Shown piece by piece: positions 7,139 to 15,667 of a stretch of 32,000 nucleotides of DNA. The stretch is taken from contig MWDF01000003.1 of the NCBI GenBank assembly GCA_002070415.1, positions 25,960 through 57,959 of the forward strand, written 5' to 3'. The position numbers were made by a program, and so were the translations under genes. Each line of letters begins with the position of its first letter. Within the stretch, counting starts at the first letter, position 1. The notes beneath the pieces are model-generated. The model was not told where the DNA came from, ran no database searches, and saw nothing but the letters and a program-made list of their open reading frames with translations. Source of the DNA: Firmicutes bacterium ADurb.Bin153 (GTDB lineage Bacteria > Bacillota > DTU025 > MWDF01).

Positions 7139-8299
7139 TCATGGCATCTCGGTCATCGTGATTTCGACCGTCTTCTGCTTACCGTTCTTGTCTATGTAAG
7201 TTATCTGCACCTTGCCGCCTATGGCGGCGGAATTGATGAAATCCCTTATCTGCGAGCCCGACTGGATGGCCTTCCCGTCCAGCTCCGTTATGATGTCGCC
7301 CCTCACGAGGCCGGCTTTGGCCAGCGGGCCCGTACGGTCCACGCTGTAGACCATGACTCCCGCCTTCGAAGCCAGGCCGTACCGCGAGGCGATGTCCTCG
7401 GTGACGTCGATGTACTCCGCAAGGCCGATGTACGCCCTTTTGACCTTGCCGTACTTTATGATCTCGTCGGCCGCAGCCATGGCCGCCTTTATCGGGATGG
7501 CGAATCCGATGTTCTGGGCGTTCTCCATGACCGCCGTGTTTATGCCGATCACGAGCCCGTCCGCTGATGCGAGCGCCCCGCCTGAGTTGCCCGGGTTGAT
7601 GGGCGCATCCGTCTGTATGATGCCGGCCAGCGTGATCCCGTTATCCATGTCCAGCGACCTGTTGAGCGCCGATACAACGCCGGCGCTTACCGTATGGTCG
7701 AAGCCGTAGGGGTTTCCTATGGCCACTGCCAGCTCGCCGACCTTCAGATAGTCCGAATCCGCAAGCTTCGCCGCCGGCAGGTCCGTCGCATCGACTTTGA
7801 GCACCGCCACGTCAGTGTAGTCGTCTGAGCCGACGATCTTCGCGGTGAACTCCCTCCCGTCGTTCAGCGTCACCTTGGCCTCCGTAACGTTGCTCACGAC
7901 GTGCGCGTTCGTGATTATGTACCCGTCGGACGATATTATCACCCCTGAGCCGAGGCCCTCGGATTCTTGCACCATAGGTATCGCGAAGAAGGAGTACACT
8001 ACCTCCTGCTGCTTCGTGGCCACCTTGACCACCGATGGTCCCACCATCTGCGCGACGTCGGCGACCGGGCTGAATATCGAATCGGTCCCCGGCGAGAGCA
8101 GCCCGCCGGAGGAGGCGCTCCCCTGCGCTGTAGACGAAGCGCCGTCCGATGCGCCGCCGCTTTGCAGGACCGGCAGGTTCAGGAGTATCGTTCCCACCAA
8201 TACGGCCCCTATAAGGACCCCGGCGAGGGACGCCAGGAAATAGCCCAGGAAGCCGGGCCTTCTTCCGTACGTTCCCCTATCATAGTAGGACATTTTCAC
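7139..8299 (-). CDS. Membrane-anchored HtrA/DegP-family trypsin-like serine protease with C-terminal PDZ domain
   Basis: N-terminal TM helix FLGYFLASLAGVLIGAVLVGTILL. Catalytic motifs ITNAHVV and TDAPINPGNSGGAL. PDZ-like tail ...AGLVRGDIITELDGKAI. Confidence 0.9.
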   Translation of the reverse strand: MKMSYYDRGTYGRRPGFLGYFLASLAGVLIGAVLVGTILLNLPVLQSGGASDGASSTAQGSASSGGLLSPGTDSIFSPVADVAQMVGPSVVKVATKQQEVVYSFFAIPMVQESEGLGSGVIISSDGYIITNAHVVSNVTEAKVTLNDGREFTAKIVGSDDYTDVAVLKVDATDLPAAKLADSDYLKVGELAVAIGNPYGFDHTVSAGVVSALNRSLDMDNGITLAGIIQTDAPINPGNSGGALASADGLVIGINTAVMENAQNIGFAIPIKAAMAAADEIIKYGKVKRAYIGLAEYIDVTEDIASRYGLASKAGVMVYSVDRTGPLAKAGLVRGDIITELDGKAIQSGSQIRDFINSAAIGGKVQITYIDKNGKQKTVEITMTEMP

Positions 8300-8334
8300 T
8301 CCCCCATTTGGATGGCGCGCGTTTGTCGCGCCGA

Positions 8335-8952
8335 CTAGTATTCTATCCCTCTCCTGGCCCCTATCCCCTTGTCGAAGGGATGCTTGACGAGCTTCATCTC
8401 GGTGACCAGGTCCGCTATCGCGACTATCTCCTCGGGCACGTCCCTGCCGGTGATTATGACCTCTACTCCCTTGGCCCTGGATCCGACCAGCTTCACGCAG
8501 TCTTCCACGGTCAGCAGGTCGTATCGTACGGCGTTGGTGAGTTCGTCCAGCACGACCACGTCCGCCTCGGCGTTCTTCAGCGTCCTTAGCGCCAGCACGT
8601 ACGCTTCAGCCGCCAGCTCCAGGTCCGTGCGCGTTACGTTGCCCCGCGTCACGAAGCACTCCATGCACATGTCGCACTTCGCCGCGCCCTCCTTGATCCG
8701 GTCCTGTATCCTGCAGCCCCTGCCGAACTGGTATATCTCGAGCTCCGGTGCCAACTTCTCCGCCGCGTACAGTTCGCCGTAGTAGGTCGAGCCCTTCATG
8801 AACTGTATCACCCTGACGGTGAAGCCGTGTCCTACGGCCCTCATCGCAAGGCCGAGGGCCGCCGTCGTCTTGCCCTTGCCGTTGCCAGTGTAGACCTGGA
8901 CCAGAGCGTCTTCGATCCTTCCGCTGCAGTTTTTCAAGGAAGCTGCCCCCAC
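8335..8952 (-). CDS. cobO: Cob(I)yrinic acid a,c-diamide / cob(I)alamin adenosyltransferase (CobA/CobO/BtuR family)
   Basis: P-loop VYTGNGKGKTTAALGLAMRAVGHG, VVLDELT, and C-terminal TEMKLVKHPFDKGIGARRGIEY, typical of the BtuR/CobO family. Confidence 0.85.
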   Translation of the reverse strand: MGAASLKNCSGRIEDALVQVYTGNGKGKTTAALGLAMRAVGHGFTVRVIQFMKGSTYYGELYAAEKLAPELEIYQFGRGCRIQDRIKEGAAKCDMCMECFVTRGNVTRTDLELAAEAYVLALRTLKNAEADVVVLDELTNAVRYDLLTVEDCVKLVGSRAKGVEVIITGRDVPEEIVAIADLVTEMKLVKHPFDKGIGARRGIEY

Positions 8953-9026
8953 TTCATAAAGCTTTTAGACAATTATAAACCAAGTGGTGCCTTTGCGCCC
9001 GATTCGCCGACAATCAAATAACGAAA

Positions 9027-9050
9027 CGCAGGAGGATTGAATCTCCTGCG
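9027..9050 (-). terminator. Second of two tandem terminator-like hairpins after the btuFCD-like operon
   Basis: 8-bp stem CGCAGGAG/CTCCTGCG with an 8-nt loop. On the minus strand it is followed by TTTCGTTATTTG. Confidence 0.5.
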
Positions 9051-9056
9051 GGGCGC

Positions 9057-9082
9057 AAAAATCCCGCCGCATCCTCGCGGCG
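9057..9082 (-). terminator. Intrinsic terminator after the ABC ATPase gene
   Basis: The minus strand reads CGCCGC-GAGGAT-GCGGCG followed by GGATTTTTGCG. This is a 6-bp GC stem plus a U-tract, 29 nt after the stop at 9111. Confidence 0.55.
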
Positions 9083-9110
9083 TCGACAATGCACGGCCCG
9101 TACGTCCGCC

Positions 9111-9896
9111 TTATGGCTTCGAGCTGGGAGTAAGCATCACGATACCGGGCCTTGACGTCTCCGGGTTGTTCTTGACGACGGCCCGTACGCCGTAGATCTC
9201 CAGTATGTTGTCCGCCGTCAGCACGTCATCCGGCAGGCCCTCGGACACCACGCGGCCTTCCTTCAGCGCTATCAGCCTGTCGCAGTACAGGCCCGCGAGG
9301 TTGAGGTCGTGCATCACGATGATCACCGTGGTGCCCGAAGACGCAAGGCCCTTCAGGATCTCCATGATCTCCAGCTGGTAGGAAATGTCTAGATGCGACG
9401 TGGGCTCGTCGAGCAGCATAACCTTGGGCTCCTGCGCCAGCGCCCTAGCTATGAACACCCTTTGCCGCTCGCCCGATGAGAGCGCGGTTATCTGCCTTCC
9501 CTTAAGATCCCGTACCCCGGCCATGCGCATCGCATCGCAGACCGCCTCGGTGTCACGGCGTCCGGACCTGCCCAGCAGCCCGTTGTAGGGGAACCTGCCC
9601 ATCTCGACGACGTCCCCCACGGTGAAGGCGAACTGAGCGCCCGGGTCCTGAAGGACGGCGCCTATCAGCCTGGCCCTGCCCATGGGCGGCATGGACGAGA
9701 TGTCAGCCCCGTCGTACAGCACCCTTCCCGAGGCCGGCCTCACCACGTGGCCCAGTATCCTAAGCAGCGTGCTCTTGCCGGAGCCGTTGGGCCCTATTAT
9801 CCCCGTCAGGCTGCCGGACGGCACCGAGGCCGTCACTTCCGTAAGGGCAGCCTTGGCACCGTAGGAATAGCATATCCTCTCCATGCGCACTTTCAT
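9111..9896 (-). CDS. ABC transporter ATP-binding protein, FepC/BtuD (iron-siderophore/cobalamin) type
   Basis: Walker A GPNGSGKSTLL, signature LSSGERQRV, Walker B MLLDEPTSHLD. ATGA overlap with the permease stop (9896..9893). Confidence 0.9.
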   Translation of the reverse strand: MKVRMERICYSYGAKAALTEVTASVPSGSLTGIIGPNGSGKSTLLRILGHVVRPASGRVLYDGADISSMPPMGRARLIGAVLQDPGAQFAFTVGDVVEMGRFPYNGLLGRSGRRDTEAVCDAMRMAGVRDLKGRQITALSSGERQRVFIARALAQEPKVMLLDEPTSHLDISYQLEIMEILKGLASSGTTVIIVMHDLNLAGLYCDRLIALKEGRVVSEGLPDDVLTADNILEIYGVRAVVKNNPETSRPGIVMLTPSSKP

Positions 9897-10945
9897 CTTC
9901 CGGGCTTCCCCTCCTTCCTCGACCTCCTGAGGAGGTAGAAGAAGAACGGCGCGCCGACGAGCGCCGTCACCGTACCCACGGGCAGCTCGGCCGGGGAGAT
10001 CACGGTGCGTGCCACCGTATCCGCCGCGACTAGCAGCGCGCCTCCGGCCAGGGCCGATACGGGTATCAGAGCCCTATGGTCGGGACCCGTCATGTACCTC
10101 GCCATGTGGGGCACTATCAGCCCGACGAAACCGATTATCCCGGACACGCCGACTGCGGCCGACGTGGCCAGCGAGCAGGCCACTATCACGGCCTTCTTGA
10201 AGCCCTCGACGCCCAGGCCCATGAAGCGGGCCTGCTCCTCGCCCATCGATATCACGTTCAAGCCTCTGGACATGATCATCAGCGCCGCGATGCCCAATGC
10301 TATATAGGGGGCGGACATGGCGAAATGGCCCCAGTTGCGGGCCGAGAGCGAGCCCATCAGCCACATCATGACCTTGGGCAGGTCCTCGCCGGCCGCCAGC
10401 ATCGTAAATGAGACGAGCGCCCAGATGAAGGAGCCCACCACGACTCCTGACAGAAGAAGGCTCTCGGATTGTATCTTGCCTTTTATCTGTGCCAGCGCCA
10501 TCACAAGCACCATGGAGGCGACGGCTCCGGCGAAAGCGAAGAGCGGTATGGTGCCGCCGAACGCCGCCATGCTCCCGGACGTGAGCACTATTCCTATGCT
10601 CGCCCCGAGCGCCGCGCCGGACGAGACGCCAATTATGTACGGGTCGGCCAGCGGATTGCCCAGCAGCCCCTGGTAACACGCTCCGGCGGCGCCGAGCGCT
10701 GCGCCCGCGGCGAAGCCAAGCATGATCCTCGGGAGCCTGACCTTCATTATTATCGCTTCGTACGCGGGGTCGGCGCCGGCTATGCCAAGGGCCGTACGTA
10801 TGCTTCCGGGAAGGCAGCCCGCCACAGACCTCAGCGTCTCGGCGACAGGCACGCCCACCGTCCCCACCGAGGCCGAGACCATAAGGACGGCCACGGAAAC
10901 GACCAGCACCGCTATTAGTGAGCCCGCGGCCCTTCTCCTTGGCAT
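9893..10945 (-). CDS. FecCD/BtuC-family ABC permease
   Basis: 350-aa polytopic ORF with RLPRIMLGFAAGAALGAAGACYQGLLGNPLADPYIIGVSSGAALG, the FecCD family signature region. Confidence 0.9.
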   Translation of the reverse strand: MPRRRAAGSLIAVLVVSVAVLMVSASVGTVGVPVAETLRSVAGCLPGSIRTALGIAGADPAYEAIIMKVRLPRIMLGFAAGAALGAAGACYQGLLGNPLADPYIIGVSSGAALGASIGIVLTSGSMAAFGGTIPLFAFAGAVASMVLVMALAQIKGKIQSESLLLSGVVVGSFIWALVSFTMLAAGEDLPKVMMWLMGSLSARNWGHFAMSAPYIALGIAALMIMSRGLNVISMGEEQARFMGLGVEGFKKAVIVACSLATSAAVGVSGIIGFVGLIVPHMARYMTGPDHRALIPVSALAGGALLVAADTVARTVISPAELPVGTVTALVGAPFFFYLLRRSRKEGKPGR

Positions 10946-10964
10946 CTTCGACCACCTCGCGAGA

Positions 10965-11849
10965 TTACTTGAACAACTCCGGATGTAGCAACCTGGCGAG
11001 CTCCTCCAGTCCGTCGACCAGCCTCGGCCCCGACCTCACCAGAAGGTCCGGGTTCGCCTCGACGACCCTTCCCGACCTTACTGCTGACAGGTCCGACCAG
11101 GCCTTCCTCGAGAGGACCTCAGCCTTGTTGTAGTTCGTGAGCACTATCAGGTAGGGGTCCTCCTTGATGACGGTCTCTTGGCTGAACACGGGCCAGCCCG
11201 TCACGCCCTCAGCTATGTTCCTGCCGCCGGCGAGTCTTACCAGCTCGTCCACGTACGTGCCCTTGCCAGCGGTCATAAGGGGTTCGTTCCATATCTCCAC
11301 GAACACGGACGGCCTGCTCTTCGCCTTGGCCGCCAGGTCCTGGACCTTCCGGATCCTGGACGAGAGCGAAGCCGCGAGGGCATCCGCCTCGGCTTCCCTG
11401 CCGCCTACCTTGCCCAGCAGCTTGAGCGCTTCGAGCATCTCGGAGACGTTGTCGGCCTTTATGGCGAGCACTTTCACCCCGAGCTCTCTGATCTTCGATA
11501 TGGTGTTGCCGCTCATGCTCGTGTCCGCCACCACCAGGTCCGGCCTCTTCGCGAGCACCGCCTCGATGTTTATGTTCACGTCCCCTACTTTGTCGACCTT
11601 CTTGGCCTCCTCCGGATAGGTGCACCATGCGGTCACCCCGACGAGCCTGTCGCCTAGGCCCACCGCGTAGAGCATCTCCGTCACGCTGGGAACTATGCTC
11701 ACTATCCTCCTTGGTTCTTCCTTTATCGTCACTTCGGTCCCCGTGGCGTCCTTCACCGACAGGGGATAGCCCGCGCTCCTTGCGGCCCCGGACGCGAACG
11801 TCGACAGCAGCAGCACCGCTATCATCGCAAGTATAGTCGATCTTCTCAT
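10965..11849 (-). CDS. Periplasmic/lipid-anchored substrate-binding protein, BtuF-like (cobalamin/siderophore class)
   Basis: Start chosen at ATG 11849 (MRRSTILAMIAVLLLSTFASGAA signal peptide) with SD AAGGAGG 8 nt upstream. Contains RIVSIVPSVTEMLYAVGLGDRLVGVT...PDLVVAD, typical of this class. The tracked start at 11969 lies inside the riboswitch. Confidence 0.85.
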   Translation of the reverse strand: MRRSTILAMIAVLLLSTFASGAARSAGYPLSVKDATGTEVTIKEEPRRIVSIVPSVTEMLYAVGLGDRLVGVTAWCTYPEEAKKVDKVGDVNINIEAVLAKRPDLVVADTSMSGNTISKIRELGVKVLAIKADNVSEMLEALKLLGKVGGREAEADALAASLSSRIRKVQDLAAKAKSRPSVFVEIWNEPLMTAGKGTYVDELVRLAGGRNIAEGVTGWPVFSQETVIKEDPYLIVLTNYNKAEVLSRKAWSDLSAVRSGRVVEANPDLLVRSGPRLVDGLEELARLLHPELFK

Positions 11850-11889
11850 CTGCACTACCTCCTTAGTATAGGACGGTAGTGACTTGCAA

Positions 11890-12190
11890 GCCCTGAAAGA
11901 TGAAAGCCCGCTCACCTTTCGGTGAACGGGCTCAGTAGACCAATTAGGCCTGCATCCCCCTTTTTCCACGAAGGCGGAACAGCTACTTGCACGGGCAGGT
12001 CTCCTGGCTTGCGACCTTTGTTGGCGCTGCCCTTGCCTTCCCGGCTTCTTGCCAGTGGCTCGGGCTTTTCCGGTCGCGTACAGTGGCGGGACCGCGGGCT
12101 TGCCGGAGACCGTTCTTCATATCTCCCCGGTGCCTCTTCCCTATTATCCCCACGCGGTGGGGCACCCATGCAGGTTATGCAGTTGTCACT
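11890..12190 (-). promoter_or_regulatory. Cobalamin (B12) riboswitch with terminator-type expression platform
   Basis: The minus strand contains GGTGCCCCACCGCGTGGGGATAATAGGGAAGAGGCACCGGGGAGA...GGTCCCGCCACTGTA...AAGCCAGGAGACCTGCCCGTGC. The last element is the B12 box (12016..11990). A 12-bp stem follows, AGCCCGTTCACC-GAAA-GGTGAGCGGGCT (11932..11905), then TTCATCTTTC, ahead of the btuF-like SD. Confidence 0.85.
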
Positions 12191-12197
12191 GTGAGTG

Positions 12198-12206
12198 ATT
12201 ATATCA
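12198..12206 (-). promoter_or_regulatory. Extended -10 promoter element (TGaTATAAT) for the riboswitch/btuFCD transcript
   Basis: The minus strand reads acggTGATATAATcactcacag about 15-20 nt upstream of the first riboswitch helix. The -35 (TGGAAA at 17-nt spacing) is weak. Confidence 0.45.
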
Positions 12207-12262
12207 CCGTAGGGGCGCTCTTTCCATACGGCGGTGGCGAAAAGCGAGCCCTGCCCTCAGGA

Positions 12263-14179
12263 TCACCGTGCCTTCCCGCCGCCTTCCCTGAACCTTCTGA
12301 AATCCCCGCTCCTTTGCGTGAGTTCCAAAGCGTCCATCCACTCCAGGAGCGCTATGGCGTATTTCCTCGACGTCCCCAGGGCGTCTCTGAGCATCGCGGC
12401 CGTGAACTGCCCCTCGAAGCTTGAGGCCGCCTTTACGGCCATCCCTATCGCATCCTTGTGGAAGGTGATCTCTGAGGAGGCCTTTACCAATATGCCCTCT
12501 CCTACGAGGTAATCCGCGATCGGGCCTATGCCTTCTTTCGACGCCTTTATGACCTCTTCCAGGTCCGGCGGCGCCAGCAGGCCCTCCTTGAAGGAGGCCT
12601 CGAGCGCCCTTGCCGCGGCCAGTTGCTTCTCGCTTAGCCTTACCTCGTGCGAGGTAAGCCTTACTAGTTCGCCTGACTGCGTTATGCGCCCTTCTGCGGC
12701 CTCACGCTCCAACAGCGCTCCGGCCTGTTTCTTGTCGAGCCAGGGCATCGCCTTCTGCCTGGCCTCCTCTTTGGGCATCCCCTTCCTCAGAGGATGTTCC
12801 AGATGGTACGACGAAAGCGCCGCCTGGAGGCCGTCTGCCAAGAAGCCGTACGAGGCGGCGTCCATGAAGTGGCGCACGCCCTCTGCCTTAAGCTCCACAA
12901 GTGCGCCTTCCCCGACGGCCTTGGCCGACGCGGCAGCGAAGGCCTCCTCGCTCATGTAGGCTTGTCTCCTCAGGGCCCGCTCCTCCATGGGAAGGGCCTG
13001 CGCCCCCTTCGCCCTCGCGCCGGATCTTACAAGTTCTGCCAGCACGACGGCGATATCGGCCGAGGCGAGCTTTGCGATCGACACCGCCTCTTCTTCGGAG
13101 CCCACCTTGCGCCTCGGGGGGGACGCCATTACCACGCGCCCTCCTGCCAGAGTCGCCTGTGGCGAATAGGACCTGAGGATGAAACGGTCGCCCCGCGCGG
13201 GGCAGATCCTCTCCTCGACGTCCAGCTGGATGAAAGCGGTGTCCCCCTGCGGCTGCTTCGGCACCCTGGCCCTTGCTATAGCCTCGACGGTTCCTATGTG
13301 TAGCCTTAGCCTTTCGTTGTGCTCTATCGCAGGCGAGCCTTTCAGCATCCTTAGCTCGGCGTCAATCAGGGACGTGGGGGCAAGCCAGCCCTCCGACGCG
13401 AGGGCCATGCCCCTTTCGACCTCATCCCTGTCTATGCCAGCCAGGTTTAGGGCCACGCGCTGGCCGCGTACGGCCTGCGGCACCTGTTCGTCGTGCACTT
13501 CGACCTTCTTAACCCTGACCGTCCTACCGGGCGGGAGAAGCTCCAGCCTGTCGCCTTCCGCGACGGGCCCGCCCAGGAGCGTGCCGGTCACCACGGTACC
13601 CTGCCCCGTCATGGAGAATGACCTGTCGACGTAGAGGCGGGAGGCCGGCTCGGCGGACCTTTCGCGCGCCTTGGACGAGACTGCGTCCAGCTCGGCCGCA
13701 AGCTTAGCGACGCCTTCGCCCGTGACAGAGGATACCGGCACTATCGGCGCCGCTTCGAGGCTCGTTCCCTCAAGGCGCCCGCGGACTTCCTCTACGACCA
13801 TCTCAAGCCAGTCCTTCTCCACCAGGTCCGCCTTCGTGACCGCCACCACGCCCTTGCTTATCCCGAGCAGCTCGAGGATCTCGAGGTGCTCTTCCGTCTG
13901 CCGCATTATCCCCTCGTCCGCCGCAACCACGAGCAGGGCCACGTCCACGCCGCCGGCGCCGGCCGCCATGTGCTTTATGAACTTCTCGTGCCCGGGCATG
14001 TCGACGACGCCGAGCACCAGTCCGGAAGGCAGGGCGAGGTGGGTGAAACCGAGCTCTATCGTCATGCCGCGCGCCTTCTCCTCGGGAAGGCGGTCCGTAT
14101 CCGTTCCCGTAAGGGCCTTTATCAGCGAGGTCTTGCCGTGGTCGACGTGCCCCGCGGTGCCGAGTATGAGGTGTTTCAT
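12263..14179 (-). CDS. selB: Selenocysteine-specific translation elongation factor SelB
   Basis: 638 aa. N-terminal GTPase MKHLILGTAGHVDHGKTSLIKALTG...DMPGHEKF...TKADL, then a long winged-helix C-terminal extension. ATGA overlap with the selA stop. Confidence 0.95.
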   Translation of the reverse strand: MKHLILGTAGHVDHGKTSLIKALTGTDTDRLPEEKARGMTIELGFTHLALPSGLVLGVVDMPGHEKFIKHMAAGAGGVDVALLVVAADEGIMRQTEEHLEILELLGISKGVVAVTKADLVEKDWLEMVVEEVRGRLEGTSLEAAPIVPVSSVTGEGVAKLAAELDAVSSKARERSAEPASRLYVDRSFSMTGQGTVVTGTLLGGPVAEGDRLELLPPGRTVRVKKVEVHDEQVPQAVRGQRVALNLAGIDRDEVERGMALASEGWLAPTSLIDAELRMLKGSPAIEHNERLRLHIGTVEAIARARVPKQPQGDTAFIQLDVEERICPARGDRFILRSYSPQATLAGGRVVMASPPRRKVGSEEEAVSIAKLASADIAVVLAELVRSGARAKGAQALPMEERALRRQAYMSEEAFAAASAKAVGEGALVELKAEGVRHFMDAASYGFLADGLQAALSSYHLEHPLRKGMPKEEARQKAMPWLDKKQAGALLEREAAEGRITQSGELVRLTSHEVRLSEKQLAAARALEASFKEGLLAPPDLEEVIKASKEGIGPIADYLVGEGILVKASSEITFHKDAIGMAVKAASSFEGQFTAAMLRDALGTSRKYAIALLEWMDALELTQRSGDFRRFREGGGKAR

Positions 14180-15612
14180 CTGTCAGTGTCCTTCATGAAC
14201 GCGCGCGCTATAGCGTCCGCAAGGACAGCAAGCTCGGCGTCCCTGACTGTCCTGAGCGAGAAGAGCATCCCTCCCGCCCGCTCCAGCGCGACTACCGCAG
14301 GCCTTGCCTCCCTAAGGGCGCCGGAAGCTTCGGACGCCTTTACGTCAGACGAGCTCACATGCACTCCGGCGCCTTTGAGCTCGGCTCCGGGCAGTGAGCC
14401 CCCGCCTACCTCGTCAAGGGTCTCCACCGGCCGGAATGAGATGCGCCCGGCGGCGGAAGTACTACCGGTCCTCTCTTTTATCATCGAGCAGAGCATTACG
14501 GCCCTCGACATAATTTCCTCGAACGGCTCTCTGAGCATGGCAACCGTCGGGATGTCGCACGCCGAGTCCTCCGATTCGTACTGGGCCAGGGTGGCGGCCA
14601 GGGCCGCTATCCTCATCTTGTCGACCCTGAAGGCCCTAGCGAGCGGCGAGCGGGATATCTTCGACACTAGATCCGCCTTCCCCGCTATGATGCCGCATTG
14701 GGGCCCTCCGAGCAGCTTGTCCCCCGAGAAGGTCACCACGTCGGCGCCTTGCTCGATCGCGGCCTTCGGAGAAGGTTCCGGAGGCAGGCCGAACGCTTGA
14801 ACGTTCGCAAGGCACCCGGAGCCCACGTCGAATATGAACGGGATCCTGTGCTTCCTGGCGATTTCGGACAGTTCCCTTACGCCGACTTCGGACGTGAAGC
14901 CCGTGATCTTGAAATTGGAGGGATGTACCTTAAGTATCGCGACTGCGCCCTCAGACGCCGCCTTCTCGTAGTCCGAGACCCTGGTCCTGTTCGTAGTCCC
15001 GACTTCCATAAGCACGGCGCCGGTCACCGACATTATGTCCGGCACCCTGAATGAGCCGCCTATCTCGACGAGCTCGCCCCTGGATACCGCAACTTTCCCG
15101 CCCTTGGCCAGCGCGTCCAGGCAAAGCAGCACCGCCGCCGCGTTATTGTTGACGACGATGGCGGATTCCGCACCAGTGATCGAAGCCGCGAGCCCGCCGA
15201 TGTGGGCCTGCCTCGAGCCCCTCCTGCCTTGTACCAGGTCGTACTCGAGGTCGTTGTATCCTTCTGCCGCCTCGACCGCCGCTCTTATCGCAATGCTTGA
15301 CAGGGGCGCCCTCCCCAGGTTCGTGTGGAGCACCACTCCGGTCGCGTTTATCACCCTCACGAGCCCCGGTACGCTGGATCCCAGTCTCTCTTCCGCCGCA
15401 GCCAGGGCGTATGATGCCGCAGCCTGCCTGTCGGGCTTGCCGGCGCCGGCGTCCCTTAAGGACGCTATGGCGGTACGCAGCTGCTTTACGGTAGCCGCCC
15501 TGCCGTACGTTAGGCAAAGTCTCCTGCCCTCGTCCGATCCGATCAGGGAATCTATCGACGGCAGGACGCTCGACGCATCCTTCTTCGAAGAAGCCATCTC
15601 CTCACCTCTCAT
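14176..15612 (-). CDS. selA: L-seryl-tRNA(Sec) selenium transferase SelA
   Basis: 478 aa. Contains ...VINATGVVLHTNLGRAPL... and TFSGDKLLGGPQCGIIAGK (PLP-lysine region), diagnostic for SelA. The alternative start at ATG 15597 is equally plausible. Confidence 0.95.
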   Translation of the reverse strand: MRGEEMASSKKDASSVLPSIDSLIGSDEGRRLCLTYGRAATVKQLRTAIASLRDAGAGKPDRQAAASYALAAAEERLGSSVPGLVRVINATGVVLHTNLGRAPLSSIAIRAAVEAAEGYNDLEYDLVQGRRGSRQAHIGGLAASITGAESAIVVNNNAAAVLLCLDALAKGGKVAVSRGELVEIGGSFRVPDIMSVTGAVLMEVGTTNRTRVSDYEKAASEGAVAILKVHPSNFKITGFTSEVGVRELSEIARKHRIPFIFDVGSGCLANVQAFGLPPEPSPKAAIEQGADVVTFSGDKLLGGPQCGIIAGKADLVSKISRSPLARAFRVDKMRIAALAATLAQYESEDSACDIPTVAMLREPFEEIMSRAVMLCSMIKERTGSTSAAGRISFRPVETLDEVGGGSLPGAELKGAGVHVSSSDVKASEASGALREARPAVVALERAGGMLFSLRTVRDAELAVLADAIARAFMKDTDR

Positions 15613-15667
15613 GGCGCGATGCGCGGTAAAAAGGAATATCAGCCGCAGCCCGGCTGCCTCTGACGCG

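Noticed and set aside
10074-10955. 293-aa minus-strand ORF overlapping the FecCD permease in another frame. The same applies to 1509..1922, 5023..5334, 5734..6192, 6572..7036, 11209..11628, 25388..26221 and 28550..29074.
   Set aside because: These are same-strand alternative frames of well-supported genes, with Arg/Gly-rich composition and no recognisable domains.
12207-12262. An imperfect hairpin (GCTCGCTTTT...AAAGAGCGC) after selB as its terminator.
   Set aside because: The stem is interrupted, the loop is large, and there is no U-tract. It also overlaps the putative -35 region of the riboswitch promoter. It is not supportable from sequence alone.
15628-15656. Hairpin CAGCCG-N5-CGGCTG between selD and selA as an internal attenuator or terminator.
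   Set aside because: The stem is only 6 bp and the T-run (TTTTT) starts 7 nt after it. That is too weak and mis-spaced to call an intrinsic terminator without folding energies or Term-seq.
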